Assembly (NCBI GenBank): GCA_043228905.1
Contig: JBHGNT010000125.1
Span: 1 to 64,000, forward strand
Source: Azolla caroliniana
Taxonomy: Eukaryota; Plantae; Polypodiophyta
Reading direction: 5' to 3'
Length of the DNA stretch: 64,000 nucleotides
Position numbers and translations under genes: made by a program. The notes beneath the pieces were generated by a model. It saw only the letters and a program-made list of their open reading frames with translations. It searched no databases and was not told the DNA's origin. Below are positions 26,101 through 39,900 of the stretch, in pieces. Position 1 is the first letter of the stretch. Each line of letters opens with the position of its first letter.

Positions 26101-27900
26101 GTAATTTCGTCATGTTTCTCGACCTAAATTTCAAAATTTGGATTTTGTAATTCCATATGATAGCTAGCGTTGTTAACTTCGATTCGCATGTTTGAACACC
26201 AAAATCCGATATCGAATGGGCCAGGTATGAACATTTTAATTTACTCACGCCTTCTTCTCAACTCCCTCATCGAATTTACTAATTTCTTCATGTCTCTCGA
26301 CCTAAGTTTCAAAATCTTGATTTTTAAATTCCATATCATAGGTAACGTTGTTAGCTTCGATTCGTATGTTTCAACACAAAAATCTGATATCACACTGGCT
26401 AGGTATGAACATTTTAATTTACTCACGCGCTATTGTCAACTCCCTCCTCAAATTTCGTAATTTCGTCATGTTTCTCGACCTGAGTTTCAAAATCTGGATT
26501 TTGTAATTCCATATCATAACTAGCGTTGTTAGCTTCGATTCGCATGTTTGAACACCAAAATCGGATATCACACGGGCCAGGTATGAACATTTTAATTTTA
26601 TCACGCGCTGTTCTCAACTCCCTCCTCAAATTTGGTAATTTCGTCATGTCTCTCGACCTGAGTTTCAAAATCTTGATTTTTAAATTCCATATGATAGGTA
26701 ACGTTGTTAGCTTCGATTCGAATGTTTGAACACAAAAATCTGATATCACACTGGCTAGGTATGAACATTGTAATTTACTCACGCGCTATTGTCAACTCCC
26801 TCCTCAAATTTCGTAATTTCGTCATGTTTCTCGACCTGAGTTTCAAAATCTGGATTTTATAATTCCATATCATAACTAGCGTTGTTAGCTTCGATTCGCA
26901 TGTTTGAACACCAAAATCGGATATCACACGGGCCAGGTATGAACATTTTAATTTTATCACGCGCTGTTCTCAACTCCCTCCTCAAATTTGGTAATTTCGT
27001 CATGTCTCCCGAACTGAGTTTCAAAATCTTGATTTTCTAATTCCATATAATAGGTAACGTTGTTAGCTTCGATTCGCATATTTGAACACAGAAATCGGAT
27101 ATCACACGAGCCAGGTATGAACATTTAAATTTACGCACGCGCTCTTCTCAACTCCCTCCTCAAATTTGGTAATTTCCTCATGTCTCTTGACCTGAGTGTC
27201 AAAATTTGGATTTTTTAATTCCATATCATAGCTAGCGTTGTTAGCTTCGATTCGAATGTTTGAACACAAAAATCCGATATCACACGGCCCAGGTATGAAC
27301 ATTTTCACTTACTCACGCGCTATTCTCAACTCCCTGCTCAAATTTGGTAATTTCGTCATGTCTCTCGACCTGAATTTCAAAATTTGGATTTTGTAATTTC
27401 ATATGATAGCTAGCGTTGTTAACTTCGATTCGCATGTTTGAACACCAAAATCCGATATCGAATGGGCCAAGTATGAACATTTTAATTTACTCACGGCTTC
27501 TTCTCAACTCCCTCCTCGAATTTACTAATTTCTTCATGTCTCTCGACCTGAGTTTTAAAATCTTGATTTTTAAATTCCATATCATAGGTAACGTTGTTAG
27601 CTTCGATTCGAATGTTTGAACACAAAAATCCGATATCACAAGGGCCAGGTATGAACATTTTAACATACTCACGCGCTCTTCTCAACTCCCTCCTCTAATT
27701 TGGTAATTTCGTCATGTCTCTCGAACTGAGTTTCAAAATCTTGATTTTTTAATTCCATATCATAGGTAACGTTGTTAGCTTCGATTCGCATTTTTGAACA
27801 CAAAAATCCGATATCACACGAGCCAGGTATGAACATTTAAATTTACGCACGCGCTCTTCTCAACTCCCTCCTCAAATTTGGTAATTTCGTCATGTCTCTC
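20150..27900 (-). repeat. ~3.3-kb block repeated at 4451-bp offset (about 20150-23440 / 24600-27890)
   Basis: Offset 4451 for 20337/24788, 21972/26423 and 23040/27491. Shared rare variants are AACATTGTAA, GGATTTTATA, CACGGCTTC and GCATTTTTGAAC. Confidence 0.88.
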
Positions 27901-28741
27901 GACCTGAGTATCAAAATCTGGATTTTTTAATTCCATATCATAGGTAGCGTTGTTAGCTTCGATTCGAATGTTTGACCACAAAAATCCGAGATAACACGGT
28001 CCACGTATCAACATTTTAACTTACTCACGCGCTGTTTTCAACTCCCTCCTCAAATTTGGTAATTTCGTCATGTCTCGCGAACTGAGTTTCAAAATCTTGA
28101 TTTTCTAATCCCATATCATAGATATCGAATGGGCCAGGTATGAACATTTTAATTTACTCACGCCTTCTTCTCAACTCTCTCCTCAAATTTGGTAATTTCG
28201 TGATGTCTCTCGATCTGGATTTTTTAATTCCATATCATAGGTAATGTTGTTAGCTTCGATTCGAATATTTGAACACAAAAATCCGATATCACACGAGCCA
28301 GGTATGAACATTTAAATTTACGCACGCGCTCTTCTCAACTCCCTCCTCAAATTTGGTAATTTCGTCATGTCTCTCGACCTGAGTGTCAAAATCTGGATTT
28401 TTTAATTCCATATCATAGCTAGCGTTGTTAGCTTCGATTCGCATGTTTGAACACAAAAATCGGATATCACACGGTCCAGGTATGAACATTTTAACTTACT
28501 CACGCGCTCATCTCAACTCCCTCCTCAAATTTGATAATTTCGTCATGTCTCCCGAACTGAGTTTCAAAATCTTGATTTTCTAATTCCATATAATAGGTAA
28601 CGTTGTTAGCTTCGATTCGCATGTTTGAATACAAAAATCCGATATCACACGAGCCAAGTATGAACATTTAAATTTACTCACGCGCTATTCTCAACTCCCT
28701 CCTTAAATTTGGTAATTTCGTCATGTCTCTTGACCTGAGTG

Positions 28742-30900
28742 TCAAAATCTGGATTTTGTAATTCCATATCATAGCTAGCGTTGTTAGCTTCGATTCGCAT
28801 GTTTGAACACCAAAATCCGATATCGAATGGGCCAGGTATGAACATTTTAATTTACTCACGCCTTCTTCTCAACTCCCTCATCGAATTTACTAATTTCTTC
28901 ATGTCTGTCGACCTGAGTTTTAAAATCTTGATTTTTAAATTCCATATCATAGGTAACGTTGTTAGCTTCGATTCGATTGTTTGAACACAAAAATCCGATA
29001 TCACAAGGGCCAGGTATGAACATTTTAACATACTCACGCGCTCTTCTAAACTCCCTCCTCCAATTTGGTAATTTCGTCATGTCTCTCGAACTGAGTTTCA
29101 AAATCTTGATTTTTTAATTCCATATCATAACTAGCGTTGTTAGCTTCGATTCGCATGTTTGAACACCAAAATCCGATATCACACGGGCCAAGTATGAACA
29201 TTTTAACTTACGCACGCGCTCTTCTCAACTCCCTCCTCAAATTTGGTAATTTCGTCATGTTTCTTGAACTCAGTTTCAAAATCTTGATTTTTTAATTCCA
29301 TATCATACGTAACGTTGTTAGCTTCGATTCACATGTTTGAACACCAAAATCCGATATCACACGGGCCAGGTATGAACATTTTAACTTACGCACGCGCTCT
29401 TCTCAACTCCCTCCTCAAATTTGGTAATTTCGTCATGTCTCTCGACCTGGGTTTCAAAATCTTGATTTTGTAATTCCATAGCATAGGTAACGTTGTTATC
29501 TTCGATTCAAATGTTTGTCCACAAAAATCCGAGATCACACGGTCCAGGTATCAACATTTTAACTTACTCACGCGCTGTTCTCAACTCCCTCCTCAAATTT
29601 GGTAATTTCGTCATGTCTCTCGACCTGAGTGTCAAAATCTAGATTTTTTAATTCCATATCATAGCTAGCGTTGTTAGCTTCGATTCGAATGTTTGAACAC
29701 AAAAATCCGATATCACACGGCCCAGGTATGAACATTTTCACTTACTCACGCGCTATTCTCAACTCCCTCCTGAAATTTGGTAATTTCGTCATGTCGCTTG
29801 ACCTGGGTTTCAAAATCTGGATTTTGTAATTCCATATCATAGCTAGCGTTGTTAGCTTCGATTCGCATGTTTGAACACCAAAATCCGATATCGAATGGGC
29901 CAGGTATGAACATTTTAATTTACTCACGCCTTCTTCTCAACTCCCTCATCGAATTTACTAATTTCTTCATGTCTGTCGACCTGAGTTTTAAAATCTTGAT
30001 TTTTAAATTCCATATCATAGGTAACGTTGTTAGCTTCGATTCGATTGTTTGAACACAAAAATCCGATATCACAAGGGCCAGGTATGAACATTTTAACATA
30101 CTCACGCGCTCTTCTAAACTCCCTCCTCCAATTTGGTAATTTCGTCATGTCTCTCGAACTGAGTTTCAAAATCTTGATTTTTTAATTCCATATCATAACT
30201 AGCGTTGTTAGCTTCGATTCGCATGTTTGAACACCAAAATCCGATATCACACGGGCCAAGTATGAACATTTTAACTTACGCACGCGCTCTTCTCAACTCC
30301 CTCCTCAAATTTGGTAATTTCGTCATGTTTCTTGAACTCAGTTTCAAAATCTTGATTTTTTAATTCCATATCATACGTAACGTTGTTAGCTTCGATTCAC
30401 ATGTTTGAACACCAAAATCCGATATCACACGGGCCAGGTATGAACATTTTAACTTACGCACGCGCTCTTTTCAACTCCCTCCTCAAATTTGGTAATTTCG
30501 TCATGTCTCTCGACCTGGGTTTCAAAATCTTGATTTTGTAATTCCATAGCATAGGTAACGTTGTTATCTTCGATTCAAATGTTTGTCCACAAAAATCCGA
30601 GATCACACGGTCCAGGTATCAACATTTTAACTTACTCACGCGCTGTTCTCAACTCCCTCCTCAAATTTGGTAATTTCGTCATGTCTCTCGACCTGAGTGT
30701 CAAAATCTAGATTTTTTAATTCCATATCATAGCTAGCGTTGTTAGCTTCGATTCGAATGTTTGAACACAAAAATCCGATATCACACGGCCCAGGTATGAA
30801 CATTTTCACTTACTCACGCGCTATTCTCAACTCCCTCCTGAAATTTGGTAATTTCGTCATGTCGCTTGACCTGGGTTTCAAAATCTGGATTTTGTAATTC
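28742..30900 (-). repeat. 6-monomer (1068-bp) tandem duplication
   Basis: Offset 1068 = 6x178 (28781/29849, 28852/29920). Shared rare variants are TCGATTGTTT, CTTCTAAACT, TTTGTCCAC and ATCTAGATT. Confidence 0.9.
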
Positions 30901-33900
30901 GATATCATAGCTAGCGTTGTTAGCTTCGATTCGTATGTTTGAACACTAAAATCCGATTTCGAATGGGCCAGGTATGAACATTTTAATTTACTCACGCCTT
31001 CTTCTCAACTCCCGGCTCGAATTTACTAATTTCTTCATGTCTCTCGACCTAAGTTTCAAAATCTTGATTTTTAAATTCCATATCATACGTAGCGTTGTTA
31101 GCTTCGATTCGCATGTTTGAACACAAAAATCTGATATCACACTGGCTAGGTATGAACATTTTAATTTACTCACGCGCTATTGTCAACTCCCTCCTCAAAT
31201 TTCGTAATTTCGTCATGTTTCTCGACCTGAGTTTCAAAATCTGGATTTTGTAATTCCATATCATAACTAGCGTTGTTAGCTTCGATTCGCATGTTTGAAC
31301 ACCAAAATCCGATATCACACGGGCCAGGTATGAACATTTTAACTTACTCACGCGCTATTCTCAACTCCCTCCTCAAATTTGGTAATTTTGTCATGTCTCC
31401 CGAACTGAGTTTCAAAATCTTGATTTTCTAATTCCATATAATAGGTAACGTTGTTAGCTTCGATTCGCATATTTGAACACAAAAATCCGATATCACACGA
31501 GCCAGGTATGAACATTTAAATTTACGCACGCGCTCTTCTCAACTCCCTCCTCAAATTTGGTAATTTCGTCATGTCTCTCGACCTGAGTATCAAAATCTGG
31601 ATTTTTTAATTCCATATCATAGGTAGCGTTGTTAGCTTCGATTCGAATGTTTGAACACAAAAATCCGATATCACACGGCCCAGGTATGAACATTTTCACT
31701 TACTCACGCGCTATTCTCAACTCCCTCCTCCAATTTGGTAATTTCGTCATGTCTCTCGAACTGAGTTTCAAAATCTTGATTTTTTAATTCCATATCATAA
31801 CTAGCGTTGTTAGCTTCGATTCGCATGTTTGAACACCAAAATCCGATATCACACGGGCCAAGTATGAACATTTTAACTTACGCACGCGCTCTTCTCAACT
31901 CCCTCCTCAAATTTGGTAATTTCGTCATGTCTCTCGACCTGGGTTTCAAAATCTTGATTTTGTAATTCCATAGCATAGGTAACGTTGTTATCTTCGATTC
32001 AAATGTTTGTCCACAAAAATCCGAGATCACACGGTCCAGGTATCAACATTTTAACTTACTCACGCGCTGTTCTCAACTCCCTCCTCAAATTTGGTAATTT
32101 CGTCATGTCTCTCGACCTGAGTGTCAAAATCTAGATTTTTTAATTCCATATCATAGCTAGCGTTGTTAGCTTCGATTCGAATGTTTGAACACAAAAATCC
32201 GATATCACACGGCCCAGGTATGAACATTTTCACTTACTCACGCGCTATTCTCAACTCCCTCCTGAAATTTGGTAATTTCGTCATGTCGCTTGACCTGGGT
32301 TTCAAAATCTGGATTTTGTAATTCGATATCATAGCTAGCGTTGTTAGCTTCGATTCGTATGTTTGAACACTAAAATCCGATTTCGAATGGGCCAGGTATG
32401 AACATTTTAATTTACTCACGCCTTCTTCCCAACTCCCGGCTCGAATTTACTAATTTCTTCATGTCTCTCGACCTAAGTTTCAAAATCTTGATTTTTAAAT
32501 TCCATATCATAGGTATGAACATTTTCACTTACTCACGCGCTATTCTCAACTCCCTCCTGAAATTTGGTAATTTCGTCATGTCGCTTGACCTGGGTCTCAA
32601 AATCTGGATTTTGTAATTCCATATCATAGCTAGCGTTGTTAACTTCGATTCGCATGTTTGAACACCAAAATCCGATATCGAATGGGCCAGGTATGAACAT
32701 TTTAATTTACTCACGCCTTCTTCTCAACTCCCTCCTCGAATTTACTAATTACTTCATGTCTCTCGACCTGAGTTCCAAAATCTTAATTTTTTAATTCCAT
32801 ATCATCGGTAACGTCGTTAGATTCGATTCGAATGTTTGAACACAAAAATCGGATATCACACGGTCCAGGTATGAACATTTTAACATACGCACGCGCTCTT
32901 CTCAACTCCCTCCTCCAATTTGGTAATTTCGTCATGTCTCTCGACCTGGGTTTCAAAATCTTGATTTTGCAATTCCATATCATAGGCAACGTTGTTAGCT
33001 TCGATTCGAATGTTTGACCACAAAAATCCGAGATAACACGGTCCAGGTATCAACATTTTAACTTACTCACGCGCTGTTTTCAACTCCCTCCTCAAATTTG
33101 GTAATTTCGTCATGTCTCGCGAACTGAGTTTCAAAATCTTGATTTTCTAATCCCATATCATAGATATCGAATGGGCCAGGTATGAACATTTTAATTTACT
33201 CACGCCTTCTTCTCAACTCTCTCCTCAAATTTGGTAATTTCGTGATGTCTCTCGATCTGGATTTTTTAATTCCATATCATAGGTAATGTTGTTAGCTTCG
33301 ATTCGAATATTTGAACACAAAAATCCGATATCACACGAGCCAGGTATGAACATTTAAATTTACGCACGCGCTCTTCTCAACTCCCTCCTCAAATTTGGTA
33401 ATTTCGTCATGTCTCTCGACCTGAGTGTCAAAATCTGGATTTTTTAATTCCATATCATAGCTAGCGTTGTTAGCTTCGATTCGCATGTTTGAACACAAAA
33501 ATCGGATATCACACGGTCCAGGTATGAACATTTTAACTTACTCACGCGCTCATCTCAACTCCCTCCTCAAATTTGATAATTTCGTCATGTCTCCCGAACT
33601 GAGTTTCAAAATCTTGATTTTCTAATTCCATATAATAGGTAACGTTGTTAGCTTCGATTCGCATGTTTGAATACAAAAATCCGATATCACACGAGCCAAG
33701 TATGAACATTTAAATTTACTCACGCGCTATTCTCAACTCCCTCCTTAAATTTGGTAATTTCGTCATGTCTCTTGACCTGAGTGTCAAAATCTGGATTTTG
33801 TAATTCCATATCATAGCTAGCGTTGTTAGCTTCGATTCGCATGTTTGAACACCAAAATCCGATATCGAATGGGCCAGGTATGAACATTTTAATTTACTCA

Positions 33901-36900
33901 CGCCTTCTTCTCAACTCCCTCATCGAATTTACTAATTTCTTCATGTCTGTCGACCTGAGTTTTAAAATCTTGATTTTTAAATTCCATATCATAGGTAACG
34001 TTGTTAGCTTCGATTCGATTGTTTGAACACAAAAATCCGATATCACAAGGGCCAGGTATGAACATTTTAACATACTCACGCGCTCTATATTATAGGTAGC
34101 GTTGTTAGCTTCGATTCGAATGTTTGAACACAAAAACCCGATATCACACGAGCCAGGAATGAACATTTTAACATACTGACGTGCGCTTCTCAACTCCCTC
34201 CTCAAATTTGGTAATTTTGTCATGTCTCTCGACCTGAGTTCCAAAATCTTAATTTTTTAATTCCATATCATCGGTAACGTCGTTAGATTCGATTCAAATG
34301 TTTGAACACAAAAATCGGATATCACACGGGCCAGGTATGAACATTTTAACTTACTCACGCACTCTTCTCAATTCCCTCCTCAAATTTGGTAATTTCGTCA
34401 TGTCGCTTGACCTGGGTTTCAAAATCTGGATTTTGTAATTCCATATCATAGCTAGCGTTGTTAGCTTCGATTCGTATGTTTGAACACTAAAATCCGATAT
34501 CGAATGGGCCAGGTATGAACATTTTAATTTAGTCACGCCTTCTTCTCAACTCCCGGCTCGAATTTACTAATTTCTTCATGTCTCTCGACCTAAGTTTCAA
34601 AATCTTGATTTTTAAATTCCATATCATAGGTAACGTAGTTAGCTTCGATTCGTATGTTTGAACACAAAAATCCGATATCACACGGGCCAGGTATGAACAT
34701 TTTAACTTACTCACGCGCTCTTCTAAACTCCCTCCTCCAATTTGGTAATTTCGTCATGTCTCTCGAACTGAGTTTCAAAATCTTGATTTTTTAATTCCAT
34801 ATCATAACTAGCGTTGTTAGCTTCGATTCGCATGTTTGAACACCAAAATCCGATATCACACGGGCCAAGTATGAACATTTTAACTTACGCACGCGCTCTT
34901 CTCAACTCCCTCCTCAAATTTGGTAATTTCGTCATGTTTCTTGAACTCAGTTTCAAAATCTTGATTTTTTAATTCCATATCATACGTAACGTTGTTAGCT
35001 TCGATTCACATGTTTGAACACCAAAATCCGATATCACACGGGCCAGGTATGAACATTTTAACTTACGCACGCGCTCTTCTCAACTCCCTCCTCAAATTTG
35101 GTAATTTCGTCATGTCTCTCGACCTGGGTTTCAAAATCTTGATTTTGTAATTCCATAGCATAGGTAACGTTGTTATCTTCGATTCAAATGTTTGTCCACA
35201 AAAATCCGAGATCACACGGTCCAGGTATCAACATTTTAACTTACTCACGCGCTGTTCTCAACTCCCTCCTCAAATTTGGTAATTTCGTCATGTCTCTCGA
35301 CCTGAGTGTCAAAATCTGGATTTTTTAATTCCATATCATAGCTAGCGTTGTTAGCTTCGATTCGAATGTTTGAACACAAAAATCCGATATCACACGGCCC
35401 AGGTATGAACATTTTCACTTACTCACGTGCTATTCTCAACTCCCTCCTGAAATTTGGTAATTTCGTCATGTCGCTTGACCTGGGTTTCAAAATCTGGATT
35501 TTGTAATTCCATATCATAGCTAGCGTTGTTAGCTTCGATTCGTATGTTTGAACACAAAAATCCGATTTCGAATGGGGCAGGTATGAACATTTTAATTTAC
35601 TCACGCCTTCTTCTCAACTCCCGGCTCGAATTTACTAATTTCTTCATGTCTCTCGACCTAAGTTTCAAAATCTTGATTTTTAAATTCCATATCATAGGTA
35701 ACGTTGTTAGCTTCGATTCGTATGTTTGAACACAAAAATCTGATATCACACTGGCTAGGTATGAACATTTTAATTTACTCACGCGCTATTGTCAACTCCC
35801 TCCTCAAATTTCGTAATTTCGTCATGTTTCTCGACCTGAGTTTCAAAATCTGGATTTTGTAATTCCATATCATAACTAGCGTTAGCTTCGATTCGCATGT
35901 TTGAACACCAAAATCGGATATCACACGGGCCAGGTAAGAACATTTTAATTTTATCACGCGCTGTTCTCAACTCCCTCCTCAAATTTGGTAATTTCGTCAT
36001 GTCTATCGAACTGAGTTTCAAAATTTTGATTTTTTAATTCCATATCATACGTAGCGTTGTTAGCTTCGATTCGCATGTTTGAACACAAAAATCTGATATC
36101 ACACTGGCTAGGTATGAACATTTTAATTTACTCACGCGCTATTGTCAACTCCCTCCTCAAATTTCGTAATTTCGTCATGTTTCTCGACCTGAGTTTCAAA
36201 ATCTGGATTTTGTAATTCCATATCATAACTAGCGTTGTTAGCTTCGATTCGCATGTTTGAACACCAAAATCCGATATCACACGGGCCAGGTATGAACATT
36301 TTAACTTACTCACGCGCTATTCTCAACTCCCTCCTCAAATTTGGTAATTTTGTCATGTCTCCCGAACTGAGTTTCAAAATCTTGATTTTCTAATTCCATA
36401 TAATAGGTAACGTTGTTAGCTTCGATTCGCATATTTGAACACAAAAATCCGATATCACACGAGCCAGGTATGAACATTTAAATTTACGCACGCGCTCTTC
36501 TCAACTCCCTCCTCAAATTTGGTAATTTCGTCATGTCTCTCGACCTGAGTATCAAAATCTGGATTTTTTAATTCCATATCATAGGTAGCGTTGTTAGCTT
36601 CGATTCGAATGTTTGAACACAAAAATCCGATATCACACGGCCCAGGTATGAACATTTTCACTTACTCACGCGCTATTCTCAACTCCCTGCTCAAATTTGG
36701 TAATTTCGTCATGTCTCTCGACCTGAATTTCAAAATTTGGATTTTGTAATTCCATATGATAGCTAGCGTTGTTAGCTTCGATTCGCATGTTTGAACACCA
36801 AAATCCGATATCGAATGGGCCAGGTATGAACATTTTAATTTACTCACGCCTTCTTCTCAACTCCCTCCTCGAATTTACTAATTACTTCATGTCTCTCGAC

Positions 36901-39900
36901 CTGAGTTCCAAAATCTTAATTTTTTAATTCCATATCATCGGTAACGTCGTTAGATTCGATTCGAATGTTTGAACACAAAAATCGGATATCACAAGGGCCA
37001 GGTATGAACATTTTAACATACTCACGCGCTCTTCTCAACTCCCTCCTCTAATTTGGTAATTTCGTCATGTCTCTCGAACTGAGTTTCAAAATCTTGATTT
37101 TCTAATTCCATATCATAAGTAACATTGTTAGCTTCGATTCGAATGTTTGAACACAGAAATCGGATATCACACGGGCCAGGTATGAACATTTTAACTTACT
37201 TACGCGCTATTCTCAACTCCCTCCTCAAATTTGGTAATTTCGTCATGTCTCTCGACCTGAGTGTCAAAATCTGGATTTTTTAATTCCATATCATAGGTAG
37301 CGTTGTTAGCTTCGATTCGCATGTTTGAACACAAAAATCTGATATCACACTGGCTAGGTATGAACATTTTAATTTACTCACGCGCTATTGTCAACTCCCT
37401 CCTCAAATTTCGTAATTTCGTCATGTTTCTCGACCTGAGTTTCAAAATCTGGATTTTGTAATTCCATATCATAACTAGCGTTGTTAGCTTCGATTCGCAT
37501 GTTTGAACACCAAAATCGGATATCACACGGGCCAGGTATGAACATTTTAATTTTATCACGCGCTGTTCTCAACTCCCTCCTCAAATTTGGTAATTTCGTC
37601 ATGTCTCCCGAACTGAGTTTCAAAATCTTGATTTTCTAATTCCATATAATAGGTAACGTTGTTAGCTTCGATTCGCATATTTGAACACAGAAATCCGATA
37701 TCACACGAGCCAGGTATGAACATTTAAATTTACGCACACGCACTTCTCAACTCCCTCCTCAAATTTGGTAATTTCGTCATGTCTCTCGACCTGAGTGTCA
37801 AAATCTGGATTTTTTAATTCCATATCATAGCTAGCGTTGTTAGCTTCGATTCGAATGTTTGAACACAAAAATCCGATATCACACGGCCCAGGTATGAACA
37901 TTTTCACTTACTCACGCGCTATTCTCAACTGTCGCTGGACCTAGGTTTCAAAATCTGGATTTTGTAATTCCATATCATAGCTAGCGTTGTTAGCTTCGAT
38001 TCGTATGTTTGAACACTAAAATCCGATTTCGAATGGGCCAGGTATGAACATTTTAATTTACTCACGCCTTCTTCTCAACTCCCGGCTCGAATTTACTAAT
38101 TACTTTATGTGTCTCGACCTGAGTTTCAAAATCTTGATTTTTAAATTCCATATCATCGGTAACGTTGTTAGCTTCGATTCGAATGTTTGAACACAAAAAT
38201 CCGATATCACACTGGCCAGGTATGAACATTTTAATTTTATCACGCGCTGTTCTCAACTCCCTCCTCAAATTTGGTAATTTCGTCATGTCTCTCGAACTGA
38301 GTTTCAAAATCTTGATTTTTTTATTCCATATCATACGTAACGTTGTTAGCTTCGATTCACATTTTTGAAAACCAAAATCCGATATCACACGGGCCAGGTA
38401 TGAACATTTTAACTTACTCACGCGCTCTTCTCAACTCCCTCCTCTAATTTGGTAATTTCGTCATGTTTCTCGACCTGAGTTTCAAAATCTGGATTTTGTA
38501 ATTCCATATCATAACTAGCGTTGTTAGCTTCGATTCGCATGTTTGAACACCAAAATCGGATATCACACGGGCCAGGTATGAACATTTTAATTTTATCACA
38601 CGCTGTTCTCAACTCCCTCCTCAAATTTGGTAATTTCGTCATGTCTCCCGAACTAAGTTTCAAAATCTTGATTTTTAAATTCCATATCATAGGTAACGTT
38701 GTTAGCTTCGATTCGCATGTTTGAACACGAAAATCCGATATCACACGAGCCAGGTATGAACATTTAAATTTACGCACGCGCTCTTCTCAACTCCCTCCTC
38801 AAATTTGGTAATTTCGTCATGTCTCTCGACCTGAGTGTCAAAATCTTGATTTTTTAATTCCATATCATAGCTAGCGTTGTTAGCTTCGATTCGCATGTTT
38901 GAACACAAAAATCGGATATCACACGGTCCAGGTATGAACATTTTAACTTACTCACGCGCTCATTTCAACTCCCTCCTCAAATTTGATAATTTCGTCATGT
39001 CTCCCGAACTGAGTTTCAAAATCTTGATTTTCTAATTCCATATAATAGGTAACGTTGTTAGCTTCGATTCGCATGTTTGAATACAAAAATCCGATATCAC
39101 ACGAGCCAAGTATGAACATTTAAATTTACTCACGCGCTATTCTCAACTCCCTCCTTAAATTTGGTAATTTCGTCATGTCTCTTGACCTGAGTGTCAAAAT
39201 CTGGATTTTGTAATTCCATATCATAGCTAGCGTTGTTAGCTTCGATTCGCATGTTTGAACACCAAAATCCGATATCGAATGGGCCAGGTATGAACATTTT
39301 AATTTACTCACGCCTTCTTCTCAACTCCCTCATCGAATTTACTAATTTCTTCATGTCTGTCGACCTGAGTTTTAAAATCTTGATTTTTAAATTCCATATC
39401 ATAGGTAACGTTGTTAGCTTCGATTCGATTGTTTGAACACAAAAATCCGATATCACAAGGGCCAGGTATGAACATTTTAACATACTCACGCGCTCTATAT
39501 TATAGGTAGCGTTGTTAGCTTCGATTCGAATGTTTGAACACAAAAATCCGATATCACACGAGCCAGGAATGAACATTTTAACATACTGACGTGCGCTTCT
39601 CAACTCCCTCCTCAAATTTGGTAATTTTGTCATGTCTCTCGACCTGAGTTCCAAAATCTTAATTTTTTAATTCCATATCATCGGTAACGTCGTTAGATTC
39701 GATTCAAATGTTTGAACACAAAAATCGGATATCACACGGGCCAGGTATGAACATTTTAACTTACTCACGCACTCTTCTCAATTCCCTCCTCAAATTTGGT
39801 AATTTCGTCATGTCGCTTGACCTGGGTTTCAAAATCTGGATTTTGTAATTCCATATCATAGCTAGCGTTGTTAGCTTCGATTCGTATGTTTGAACACTAA

